From: Candidatus Woesearchaeota archaeon
GTDB lineage: Archaea; Nanobdellota; Nanobdellia; Pacearchaeales; GW2011-AR1
Direction of reading: 5' to 3'
Length of the DNA stretch: 64,000 nt
NCBI GenBank assembly: GCA_964482075.1
Contig: CAYZVU010000001.1
Span: 343 to 64,342 of the forward strand
In this document: positions 28,469-37,930 of the stretch, piece after piece
Layout of the letters: every line of letters begins with the position of its first letter
How positions within the stretch are numbered: position 1 is the first letter of the stretch
Notes under the pieces: generated by a model
Database searches by the model: none
What the model was told of the DNA's origin: nothing
What the model saw: only the letters and a program-made list of their open reading frames with translations
Translations under genes and position numbers: made by a program

Positions 28469-30664
28469 CTAAATTAGATTCCCGAGCACAACTGTTGTTA
28501 AAAAGAATAATGCTACAATAGCTAGGAATGCGGTTACAAAATATAATAAAATTCCTCTCTTAAGATATTTTGCTTTTTTATTTAATTCTTCTAATTTGTC
28601 TTCTCCAGAATCAATTGTTACTAAAGCACTTGTTAAAATAAAGATTATCTGAATTATATAAACTCCTATTGCAATTTGCAAATAGTACGGTGGGATCATT
28701 TTTGTTAAGTCAAATATATTTAATATTGCATCTAAATTTCCAGCGCCTGCTCCTCCGCCCATTGCAAATGCTTCAGACATTTTATTTAAAATTGCTGTAA
28801 TCATCCCAGCCAAACCAACAACAATTCCTGAAAGTAATGGTGCTAAAAAAGTCATGTTTGATTTCATGTCTGATATTATTTCTGCAAGCATATCCCTAAG
28901 ACGAGTTGTTATTTTTTGTATATTTTTTACATATTCTGAAATACTCATTAAGCTTATTGCTGAAATTTTTAAACCTTTTTTTGAAGAATCTATAAGAACC
29001 CTCATGCTTGTTGCGATTAATTCTGAAGGATAATTCACAATTGCCCCACGGCGAGGATGGAATATTGCTTTTTCCACACTCATCCCTAATTGTTTTATAT
29101 TATAATCAACTTTTCTAAAAAAATCCCCTGTTCTTAAGCCCATGGAAGATTTTGCAATTTTTCCAAAAACAAGTTCTGGAGGGACTCCGTTTCCTAATCT
29201 GTTTCCTAATTGAAATAATGAATTATTAAATTCTTGTTCTAACTGTTTTGTTTTCGTTCTCTCTTTAATTAAATCTCTTGTTCGCGCACCATAGGAAATC
29301 CAAAAAAAGAGGGCTATCCCGAAGGGGATAAATAAACTCATCAATAAAGCCCCAAACCCAAAAGGCCCTATCATTGTAAGATTCCCATCACTATTAGTAA
29401 TTTCTTTAAAATCAAGCATCTTTTCCGCATTCCCATTTATCATAATTGAAAAATCATCTTGAATGCCAACCCAATTATTTATGGGGGTATATTGAAAAAT
29501 TAATGGGAGTAATCCAATTAAAAGAAATGGCAAGCAAATTAAAAATGCCTTTAAATAAATAGATTTATCTTTGAATTTTGGATAAAGAGGATTTTTTTCT
29601 AAAAGATTTGATTCCCCATGCCCACCAGGTCTTAAAAGCAATATTTTATCTGTTAAATAAAAAACCATGAAAGGTACAATTAAATTGAAAATTATAATCA
29701 CATGATACCATTTTAGATAATCCCCAATCATTGCTGAAGCAAGAGGCAATAGGGCTAACCCAAGTGTTGGAAGAACGACCCCCAACATATAAACATTTGT
29801 TAAAGGACTTCTTACATTGTGTGTAAATTTTAGCATCTTATCATAAACCCCGTCGAGAATTACTTGAAGAGATTTTTCTAAGGTTAAAATTCTTCTTGCA
29901 TTATCTGGCTCAAATAAACTAGATTCAATTAAATGAAACGCCTCAACAAATTCAATAGAATAATCTTTCCACTGAAAAAGATAATTATCTAAACTTTCTT
30001 TTATTGTAGAAAACTTTCCGATTTGGACATTATAAAAAACTTTTTTAAAATCTAGGGAAAGGGGATATTGTAAATGCTCTGCTGCAAAAGAAATTGCTCT
30101 TTCTAAATTTGGTGTGTGCCTCATATAAACTACGATGTATAAAATTGCCGGAACCATTTGTGAAGATGCCTTTAATCTCCATTTATTTGCTAGTCTTTCT
30201 GGATAGCCATTAACAAAATAAAATAAAAAGATAGATACAACTGCAATTAAAATAAAAAAAATCATTGGGAAATTTGCTAAGAATTCTACAACAAAATTTG
30301 AAGAGGATCTTGATTTTATTAATGCATATGCTACTGAACTTAAAAGGCCGAATAAAAAAACAGAAATAAAAGCCATAACCCCTAATCCTAATGCTTGCCA
30401 TGGCTCAACATCTAAGTGGGCAATTTCCAAATGTTTCTTTATTTTTTCCTCGTCTTTTTTTGAAGGCTTTATCTTGATTATATTTCCTAGGCTAGTGCAC
30501 CATCTTTCATATTTTGATAAATCTGGCGCCATTTCATTCTTGAATTTGGCATATTCTCGACTATAATTTACATTGTTGAGGGATGTAGTTTTTATTTGGC
30601 CTTCAATTCTAGAACTATGTTTTGCGAGGATATCTTCTACAGTTGGCTTTTTAGGAGATTTCAT
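28469..30664 (-). CDS. Type IV pilus assembly platform protein (TadB/TadC, ArlJ-like, two T2SS-F domains)
   Basis: Polytopic membrane protein with two cytoplasmic domains; adjacent to secretion ATPase and pilins. Confidence 0.85.
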   Translation of the reverse strand: MKSPKKPTVEDILAKHSSRIEGQIKTTSLNNVNYSREYAKFKNEMAPDLSKYERWCTSLGNIIKIKPSKKDEEKIKKHLEIAHLDVEPWQALGLGVMAFISVFLFGLLSSVAYALIKSRSSSNFVVEFLANFPMIFFILIAVVSIFLFYFVNGYPERLANKWRLKASSQMVPAILYIVVYMRHTPNLERAISFAAEHLQYPLSLDFKKVFYNVQIGKFSTIKESLDNYLFQWKDYSIEFVEAFHLIESSLFEPDNARRILTLEKSLQVILDGVYDKMLKFTHNVRSPLTNVYMLGVVLPTLGLALLPLASAMIGDYLKWYHVIIIFNLIVPFMVFYLTDKILLLRPGGHGESNLLEKNPLYPKFKDKSIYLKAFLICLPFLLIGLLPLIFQYTPINNWVGIQDDFSIMINGNAEKMLDFKEITNSDGNLTMIGPFGFGALLMSLFIPFGIALFFWISYGARTRDLIKERTKTKQLEQEFNNSLFQLGNRLGNGVPPELVFGKIAKSSMGLRTGDFFRKVDYNIKQLGMSVEKAIFHPRRGAIVNYPSELIATSMRVLIDSSKKGLKISAISLMSISEYVKNIQKITTRLRDMLAEIISDMKSNMTFLAPLLSGIVVGLAGMITAILNKMSEAFAMGGGAGAGNLDAILNIFDLTKMIPPYYLQIAIGVYIIQIIFILTSALVTIDSGEDKLEELNKKAKYLKRGILLYFVTAFLAIVALFFLTTVVLGNLI

Positions 30665-30720
30665 TTTATCACTTCTTTTAATAAATAAAATAAGGAGAAA
30701 TGATTAATAAATGTTTGGAG

Positions 30721-31425
30721 TTATTTTTTTATCGCATAAAAAACACCATAATTAAGGTATTCCCAAGTCTGACTAACTTTTTTAAATCCTGCTTCTTTTA
30801 ACCAAATTAATTGATTTTCTATTGTCTCAGGGATATCTTCTTCAAGATAATTATCAAACCAAAAATTTCCTTCTTCTTCGCCCAATTCTTGAATTAAAAA
30901 CTTTTTCCATTCCTCTTCTTTTTCTTTTGTCTCCTTCTCGGAATCAAATTTAATTATATCCCCCACAATTAAAATTCCTCCTTTATTTAGGAGATTAAAT
31001 AAAGTCCGATAAAATTTTTGTTTTTCTTCATAAGTTAAATGATGTATACTTAAAACCGCAACGATTAAATCATATTTATTTTCAAATTTAATCTTTTTCA
31101 TATCTTTATTATAGAACATAACTCTGTTAAGATAATTCCTTAACCTTCTTCTCCCCTTTTTGATCATATCTTCGGAAATATCAACCCCCTCTATTGTGGA
31201 ATTAGAAAAAATTTTTAATATTTCTAATGCTGTCTGCCCCGATCCAATACCCAAATCAAGAACATTTATTTTCTTATCTTTTGGGAAGGGAATTAATTTT
31301 ATTATTTTATCATGCATTTGTTCATATTTGGGAATTAGCTTTCTAATTAAATCATCATATTCCCAATTCTTATGGTATCTATTTGTGAAATGCTCTTTAA
31401 CTAATTCAGAATGATCTGATTTCAT
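30721..31425 (-). CDS. Class I SAM-dependent methyltransferase
   Basis: VLDLGIGSG, GVDISEDM, LSIHHL, LNKGGILIVGD. Confidence 0.9.
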   Translation of the reverse strand: MKSDHSELVKEHFTNRYHKNWEYDDLIRKLIPKYEQMHDKIIKLIPFPKDKKINVLDLGIGSGQTALEILKIFSNSTIEGVDISEDMIKKGRRRLRNYLNRVMFYNKDMKKIKFENKYDLIVAVLSIHHLTYEEKQKFYRTLFNLLNKGGILIVGDIIKFDSEKETKEKEEEWKKFLIQELGEEEGNFWFDNYLEEDIPETIENQLIWLKEAGFKKVSQTWEYLNYGVFYAIKK

Positions 31426-33716
31426 TTAATCCTCTTCGCGACTTCTTCATCTAGCCATTTTTTCCATTCTGGAAAAACATATTCGCTTAAAGGTAATCCT
31501 TTTTCTTGAATTATTTTATCTGAAAATTTATGGAACATGCTATTTGAAAGATTATTAAATTTAGATTCTAGTAAATCATGGATTTTTGTTTGTTCAGAAA
31601 CTTGAACAATTTCTGTTTTCATTTTTGCTCTTAGTAAAATATTATCCCAAACAGCGTCCCAATTTCCAGCCCAACCTTTTACATTAGAGGCTATTCCTTT
31701 TATTATTTCAGAATCTCCGTTGATTAAATCATCTGTTGCTTCTAGCTCATCTTTTTCTACATTATATCTCATTAAATCTACAAAACCCCCTTCAAGTAAA
31801 GGATCTTTTTGCCAGTGTTTTCTTATCTCTGAAATTTGTACAACTCTTTTCCAAGAGCGCATTCCATCTGCAGATTTTATTGGGTTACAAACCACAATTA
31901 TATCTGTTGCTTTGAAACTTGTAGCAGGAACCCCCAAATCATTTACAACTCTATCAAAAACTCCGTAAGGTGATGCTCCATGAATTGTTCCAGCCACAAC
32001 ATTTGCCAAGGCTCCAACACGCATTGCTTCGTAAAGTGCCTTTGCCTCTGAGCTTCTAACTTCACCAATTATTAAAGAGCTATCTCCCAATCTCAAACTT
32101 GTTCTAATTCCATCTTCTGCAGAAACTTCTGCTGTTGATTTTAACATTGAAGAACGAACTTTCATTCGGATAATATCATATTTTAATTTTCTTAAAGATT
32201 CTACAGGTAATTCTAAAGTATCTTCAATTACAATTATTCTAAATTTGGGGAGAATCTCTAAGAGTAAACTTCCAAGTAAAGAAGTTTTCCCAGAAGATCT
32301 TGTTCCTGCAACTAATAATGTTCTTGAACCGTCTATTAAAAAACTTAATAGTCCTGCTGCCAAAGGATTGAGCATTTTATTTTGGATAAATAATGGAAGA
32401 GTCCAAGGTGCCTCCCGATGTCTTCTAATTGAATAGGCCATTCCGTCTGGAGAAAGTGGTCTTTGGATTATAGCAATTCTCGCCCTTATCTTTCCTATTT
32501 CTAATTGAGTATCTAAAATTGGGTTTGCTTCATCCAATGGTCTTCCAGAAATCATTCTAAATTTAGCTGCCCATGAGTCTACATCTTCTTGACTTGGTAA
32601 AATATTTGTTGAACATTCATCATAATCTTGATGTCTTAAAAAAATATTTGTTAAGGGTATTGGTGCATTTAGAGAAATATCATGAAGCCTTTTGTCTTGT
32701 AATAAAACTTCTATCAACCCAAATCCAATAGTATTTCTCACAAGAATAGTTGATAATTGATTTAAATCAGAATAATTTAATTTTATACTTTTTGCTTGTG
32801 CTAAATCTTGTAGTAAATCTTTTGCAATATTAAAGAAGACTTGCCTCGTCCTATCTGTATCTGTGAACTCTTCTGCTTTAGGCTGATGTTCAATTAAAAC
32901 TCCTCTTGCGAGATTTAAAAGAATATTTTGATCTTCATTTAATGAATTTTCTGGGGGGACTAAATGATAAATTAATTTTGCCTCTTCTTTCATTCTTAAA
33001 ATAGTCACGAGAGATTCATCATATTTACTTCCTGAAATTTTATATTGATCCACAATTTCAGCTTCAGTTGGTAAATCCTGAACAAGACGTGTGAATGTAA
33101 AATTGGGGATTACATCTGGCTTAAATATTTTTTTATAAATTTCTCTTTCTCCTTTTCTATAATGTTCTGTATATTGAGAAATTGTTTGGATTATTTTTGT
33201 TTCGTCTAAAATATCAAAAATTCTTTCTAGAAGATTTATGTAACTTGATTGATCTGTTCTAAACATTTCTTCAATATGATCTAAATTAATTCTCGCCTTG
33301 ATTAATATTTTTTTTAATTCATAATGTGCAGATAAGGGGTCTTGTTTTAATAAAAATAAAAAAGTAAAAAGATCATTATATCTTTGGGAAAAGAATTGTT
33401 GATAATTTTGATCTGATATTAATTTTTCAGGGGATAGAATCTTTTCTTGTTTGATTAAATAAATATACAATTGAGCAATTTCTAGCAAAAAGGATGTTTC
33501 TTTAAAATCATAGTTATAATTTTTTTGTTGAACAAATACTACTCTTGAAGCATTTGGATTTTCAATTAAAGCGTCGACTGTTTTTCCCATTATTTCTGGG
33601 GACTCTGCTAAATTTGGCACAAAAGGAGCTCCGAGATAATTAATATAAAGTACATCTTCTCCGCTTTCTCTTTCTATCTGGTAAGAATATAATGGCGCCT
33701 CTTTTTCAAATTGCAT
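31422..33716 (-). CDS. Type II/IV secretion ATPase (TadA/ArlI/VirB11 family)
   Basis: Walker A GTRSSGKT, IEDTLEL, LRLG..IIGEVRS.EA, GTIHG. Confidence 0.94.
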   Translation of the reverse strand: MQFEKEAPLYSYQIERESGEDVLYINYLGAPFVPNLAESPEIMGKTVDALIENPNASRVVFVQQKNYNYDFKETSFLLEIAQLYIYLIKQEKILSPEKLISDQNYQQFFSQRYNDLFTFLFLLKQDPLSAHYELKKILIKARINLDHIEEMFRTDQSSYINLLERIFDILDETKIIQTISQYTEHYRKGEREIYKKIFKPDVIPNFTFTRLVQDLPTEAEIVDQYKISGSKYDESLVTILRMKEEAKLIYHLVPPENSLNEDQNILLNLARGVLIEHQPKAEEFTDTDRTRQVFFNIAKDLLQDLAQAKSIKLNYSDLNQLSTILVRNTIGFGLIEVLLQDKRLHDISLNAPIPLTNIFLRHQDYDECSTNILPSQEDVDSWAAKFRMISGRPLDEANPILDTQLEIGKIRARIAIIQRPLSPDGMAYSIRRHREAPWTLPLFIQNKMLNPLAAGLLSFLIDGSRTLLVAGTRSSGKTSLLGSLLLEILPKFRIIVIEDTLELPVESLRKLKYDIIRMKVRSSMLKSTAEVSAEDGIRTSLRLGDSSLIIGEVRSSEAKALYEAMRVGALANVVAGTIHGASPYGVFDRVVNDLGVPATSFKATDIIVVCNPIKSADGMRSWKRVVQISEIRKHWQKDPLLEGGFVDLMRYNVEKDELEATDDLINGDSEIIKGIASNVKGWAGNWDAVWDNILLRAKMKTEIVQVSEQTKIHDLLESKFNNLSNSMFHKFSDKIIQEKGLPLSEYVFPEWKKWLDEEVAKRIK

Positions 33717-33770
33717 GATTAAAATAAGAATAGAAAGTTTAAAATGTTTTGTATAGAAAAGTATTTCTTT

Positions 33771-34661
33771 TTATTCTAATTTTTGTTTTAGCTTCCTTGT
33801 TTTTGAATAATGGAAAATCCCAAACAAACACAAAATGAATAAAATTCCTCCAATATAACTTGAAGAATTCTTAGAAAGGTTTCCTACGGCATTTCCAGTT
33901 ATGTTAGTTGAGAGAAAAAATATTGCTAGGATGAATGCTCCCACAATCGCCAAGACTGGGCTTATTTTAGAAATTAATCTCCTCTCAGAAAAGTTATTCT
34001 CTCTCAAAAAACTTTCGAGAGTTCCCTCAAGCCTCTCAACGTCCTCCTTTCTCCCCTCCCGAGAAGAATCTTTTATTGCTTGCCTATACAAATTAGGAAT
34101 CTTATCTGTCCTGTCTTCTACCCCAAGCCCTCCTGCCCTTACTGCTTCGACTTCTTCTCTAATTGCTCTTATAGCTTCTTCATATACTTCTGGCGCCCGC
34201 GGATCATGTTTTTTACTTAAATGCCCTGCCCAATAAATTTTTGGGAGACTGTTTTTGGGATTTAAATTTTGGAGAGCATTATGGCCTTTTGCAAATTTAG
34301 AAAATTCATATTCATTTTTTTCTAAAATAGTCCCATCAACATCAACTCCACCCACAACATCTCCTTGCTCATCTAAGAGGTCCCCCTCATAATTAAATCC
34401 CAAAGGTCCTAAAGGAGTTTTATAGTTATGAATAAATCCTTCCCTATTAGAAATCTCTGCGGGCCTAAAATTTCCATCTTTGAGACTTCCATGGATATAC
34501 TTGCCCCTTGATGCTTCTCCTAATGCTTGGGGGTCAGAATTATTATCGAGTTCTGCTCGGATTTGTTTATCAGAATCATAAGGAATAAAAAATCCTCCCT
34601 TGTAAACACCCATTTCAATATCACTATGTCTTGAATCCTTCGAACTTACTTTTCTCGCCAT
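33771..34661 (-). CDS. Hypothetical protein with C-terminal TM-'NITGNAV'-TM anchor
   Basis: Soluble N-domain followed by two TM helices flanking LSTNITGNAVG and a basic tail. Confidence 0.7.
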   Translation of the reverse strand: MARKVSSKDSRHSDIEMGVYKGGFFIPYDSDKQIRAELDNNSDPQALGEASRGKYIHGSLKDGNFRPAEISNREGFIHNYKTPLGPLGFNYEGDLLDEQGDVVGGVDVDGTILEKNEYEFSKFAKGHNALQNLNPKNSLPKIYWAGHLSKKHDPRAPEVYEEAIRAIREEVEAVRAGGLGVEDRTDKIPNLYRQAIKDSSREGRKEDVERLEGTLESFLRENNFSERRLISKISPVLAIVGAFILAIFFLSTNITGNAVGNLSKNSSSYIGGILFILCLFGIFHYSKTRKLKQKLE

Positions 34662-34762
34662 AATAATAAAATAACTTTCTCCTTTTTAATTATTTCTATA
34701 TTTATCAATTTCATTAATTCATAAATCAAAACAAATTTAAACTAATTAAACTTTAATTTTCC

Positions 34763-35101
34763 ATGGAAGAAAACGAAGGTGATTACTCTTACCAAGATTT
34801 TGGCGGTGCGAATACTAAGATAAGAGACTTGGAAGAGAAACAAAATATTATGAAAGACCGATTACTTTTAATAGGACGAAATCTTATTGAAACTAGAGAA
34901 GAATTAAATGGAAAAATTTTGGAAATAAAAAAAGATATTGAAATTCTTAAACAGGTTATGGAGAGGACAAAATCTTTTTTAGAGGCTGCCTCATCAGAAT
35001 TTTCAAAATTTGCAAAAAAAGAGGATTTGGAAATTTTAACAAAACAGGCAAAAATGTTTCAGCCATTAGAATTTGTTAGAAAATCTGAATTAAAAAATTA
35101 A
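34763..35101 (+). CDS. Hypothetical coiled-coil protein
   Basis: Heptad pattern; FAKKEDL..L near the C-terminus; divergent from the pilus ATPase. Confidence 0.7.
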   Translation: MEENEGDYSYQDFGGANTKIRDLEEKQNIMKDRLLLIGRNLIETREELNGKILEIKKDIEILKQVMERTKSFLEAASSEFSKFAKKEDLEILTKQAKMFQPLEFVRKSELKN

Positions 35102-35107
35102 AATACA

Positions 35108-35734
35108 ATGGCTTTAATAGAACAAGTTACTCAAATGAAAAATCAAGGAATGGACGAAAGCCAGATTTCTGAAAATTTACAACAACAAGGATTTGCCCCA
35201 AGGGAAGTTCAAGATGCATTAGGACAATCTCAAGTTAAGAATGCTGTAATGGGAAATGAGCCACAAGAGGCCCAAAGTGTACCTCAAGAAAGCTATTCCC
35301 CCCAACAAGAACAATATGCTCCGCAAGAAAATTATTCTCAAGAAGGATATGCCCCTCAAGCAGGTGGGTATCCCGAAGCTGAGGGCTATGGAAATTATCC
35401 TGCTGTGCAGACCGGAGGAACAGATAATATGATTGAAATTTCAGAACAAGTTTTTTCTGAAAAAATTAAAAAAGTAGATAAAAATATTCATGACTTAGTT
35501 GAATTTAAAACACTTGCTGGAACAAAAATTGATTTATTTGAAGATAGAATTAAAAGAATAGAAGCTATGATTGATAATTTACAAATTAAAGTTTTGGAAA
35601 AAATAGGTTCTTATGGGAAAGAATTGGCAAAAACAAAAAAAGAAGTTGCAATGGTAGAAGATAGTTTTGGGAAAATGGTTAATAGAATAGCAGACAAACC
35701 ATTGAGAAAAAAAGTTCATAAAAAGAGAAAATAA
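35108..35734 (+). CDS. Hypothetical protein (small helical N-domain, Q/P/Y-rich linker, coiled coil)
   Basis: MKNQGMDESQI..LQQQGF; QESYSPQQEQYAPQ repeats. Confidence 0.75.
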   Translation: MALIEQVTQMKNQGMDESQISENLQQQGFAPREVQDALGQSQVKNAVMGNEPQEAQSVPQESYSPQQEQYAPQENYSQEGYAPQAGGYPEAEGYGNYPAVQTGGTDNMIEISEQVFSEKIKKVDKNIHDLVEFKTLAGTKIDLFEDRIKRIEAMIDNLQIKVLEKIGSYGKELAKTKKEVAMVEDSFGKMVNRIADKPLRKKVHKKRK

Positions 35735-35772
35735 AATTTTTATAAAAAAATAATTAATTCTTAATTAAAAAA

Positions 35773-36363
35773 TTATGCTGGTTTTGCAGGAGATGTAGCA
35801 CTTAATGCCTGAGAAAGAAGGGTATTCGTATTCTCCTCAGTAGATTTTGTTGCACTTCCTACAACTACAAGCACCACAATTGCTAGAACAATTAAAGGGC
35901 CCCAACCCTGAGGAATAAAATCAAAGAATCCTCCACTAGTAAAATCAAAAATTCCTAATGAATTTAATGCAATAAAAACAACCATTGCCAAAGATCCCCA
36001 AAGGAAAATCTTGCTCACTACCTTATTTGCTGGCCCTACAAATAACCCCATTACAATTAAAATTAATAATATAATTGATATTACAATGCCCAATTGAGGG
36101 AAAAGTTTTTGGAAAAATATTGAGACCATCCCAAATTGAAGAGACATTAATGCTGTTGATAAAGCAATAATTGCATTTATCGCCTTACTTTTATCGTCTC
36201 CGAAAAGATTTACTTTGTTTAAAATTCCGTATATTAATGAAAAAATTAAAAGAAAAGGAAGAACATAACTAAAGACTCCCATTTGTTCCCACTGGGCTAA
36301 AATATTTCCAAATTCTCCACCATAAAAATTTGCTGAAGCGAGCATCATCCCTTTTAATAACAT
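35773..36363 (-). CDS. Hypothetical polytopic membrane protein
   Basis: VLPFLLIFSLIYGILNK..N.IIAL; paralog of the next gene. Confidence 0.8.
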   Translation of the reverse strand: MLLKGMMLASANFYGGEFGNILAQWEQMGVFSYVLPFLLIFSLIYGILNKVNLFGDDKSKAINAIIALSTALMSLQFGMVSIFFQKLFPQLGIVISIILLILIVMGLFVGPANKVVSKIFLWGSLAMVVFIALNSLGIFDFTSGGFFDFIPQGWGPLIVLAIVVLVVVGSATKSTEENTNTLLSQALSATSPAKPA

Positions 36364-36407
36364 ATTAATAATTAATTAAAGATGTTTATAAATATTGTGT
36401 TATAAAA

Positions 36408-36893
36408 TTATTTGCTCTTGAGAATAACCGCTAGCACAATTGCTATCATTGCCATAAATGAAAAATTAGTCCAGAAAGATGCACTCCAACTTTCTCTAAA
36501 TAAAAAATTAAAAACTGAATTTTCAACACCAGTTGCCCAAAGAACTGCAATTATAATAATCATGAACCCTACTATACCAACAACCCACTTAACTTTTCCA
36601 TCCAATATATCTGCATCTAATTTATTCCCTGAAACAAAACCCCAAAGCATCAAAGCCACAAAAACAATAACTAGAGATACTGTTAAGAATAAAATCATAT
36701 TACCCACAACATCTTTAGGATAAGCAACACCGACGAAAATTAGGCCAATTACAAAAGAAATAATTGCATTTACTTGTTGATTTTCTCCAAGAAGTTTTGT
36801 CTTGGCGAGGACTGCATAAACTAACACAAATATTAAAAGAAAAGGGAGTATAAACTTAGTTACTACCCAATGTTGTAAAATTGTTTCACTCAT
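36408..36893 (-). CDS. Hypothetical polytopic membrane protein
   Basis: ILPFLLIFVLVYAVLAK..NAIISF; paralog of the previous gene. Confidence 0.8.
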   Translation of the reverse strand: MSETILQHWVVTKFILPFLLIFVLVYAVLAKTKLLGENQQVNAIISFVIGLIFVGVAYPKDVVGNMILFLTVSLVIVFVALMLWGFVSGNKLDADILDGKVKWVVGIVGFMIIIIAVLWATGVENSVFNFLFRESWSASFWTNFSFMAMIAIVLAVILKSK

Positions 36894-36911
36894 TTATTTT
36901 TCCTCTTTTTA

Positions 36912-37181
36912 TTATAAATCAAGCTGATCCAGATCTGACTCTGGATTTGGCAAAGCGCCCTTGCTTATTATAAAAACATCACTAATTGCCTTAACAAATT
37001 GGTGCGGGATAATTACTCCTCTTGCCCCAGATAAAAGAGATGCCATTGAACCATCAACTTTTATTCTCCATCCATCTATTTTATTCTCAGATAAATTTGC
37101 TTCTTCGATGCTCCCAAAAAAATCTCCACCATCTGTAAAAACTTTTGAACCAATTACTTCACTTATTTTTTTAATTCTCAT
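36912..37181 (-). CDS. PRC-barrel domain protein
   Basis: VIGSKVFTDGG..G.IEE; IIPHQFVKAISDVFII. Confidence 0.85.
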   Translation of the reverse strand: MRIKKISEVIGSKVFTDGGDFFGSIEEANLSENKIDGWRIKVDGSMASLLSGARGVIIPHQFVKAISDVFIISKGALPNPESDLDQLDL

Positions 37182-37229
37182 ATAGAAAAATATCTAAACT
37201 TATTTAAATACTTTTCCATTATCCAATAT

Positions 37230-37889
37230 ATGCTAAATAGAAGAGAGATTACAACTATATTAATTTCCTCATTAATATTAGGCTTTATAATAAGTTTAGT
37301 TGAAACATGGCAGATTTTTCTTTACAGCTTGCTCTTGATTTTTTTAGTTATTTTAGTAAATGTTTTTGCAAAAAAAGTTGCTGGTTTTTATCTTGAATCA
37401 GATATAGAAATTGGTTTGTGGGAAATTCGTAGAATGGGACTTTTCCATTTTTTTAATGTTTCCCCGAAGAAGACTCATCCTTCACAAGAATTGAAAAGAC
37501 CTTTCCCTGCAGGATTATTTTTTCCAATTGTTCTGAAAGTTATAACTCTTGGTTTTTTTAATTGGCTTGCTTGTTTAACTTTTGAAGTTAAGCCAAGAAT
37601 TTATCGAGCTGCAAAAAAGCATGGGTTGTATAAATATTCTGAAATGACTGAATGGCATATTGGATTGATTGCGGCGGCAGGTGTTTTTGCAAATCTTGTT
37701 TTTGCAATTATTGGATATTTTGTTGGATATGGAGATTTTGCAAGATTAAGTATTTATTTTGCGTTTTTTAGCATTATCCCTCTTTCTGATTTAGATGGGA
37801 ACAAGATCTTTTTTGGAAGTATAATTTTATGGAGCTTTTTGAGTGCATTAGTTTTAATTGGCCTAGGTTATGCTTTTTTTCTTATTTAG
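37230..37889 (+). CDS. M50-like membrane protein lacking HExxH
   Basis: IAAAGVFANL and IIPLSDLDGNKI motifs; VNVFAKK where HExxH is expected. Confidence 0.75.
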   Translation: MLNRREITTILISSLILGFIISLVETWQIFLYSLLLIFLVILVNVFAKKVAGFYLESDIEIGLWEIRRMGLFHFFNVSPKKTHPSQELKRPFPAGLFFPIVLKVITLGFFNWLACLTFEVKPRIYRAAKKHGLYKYSEMTEWHIGLIAAAGVFANLVFAIIGYFVGYGDFARLSIYFAFFSIIPLSDLDGNKIFFGSIILWSFLSALVLIGLGYAFFLI

Positions 37890-37930
37890 AGGTACTAAAT
37901 TAATATAAAGAGTTTACGTTTTTTCTCCTA

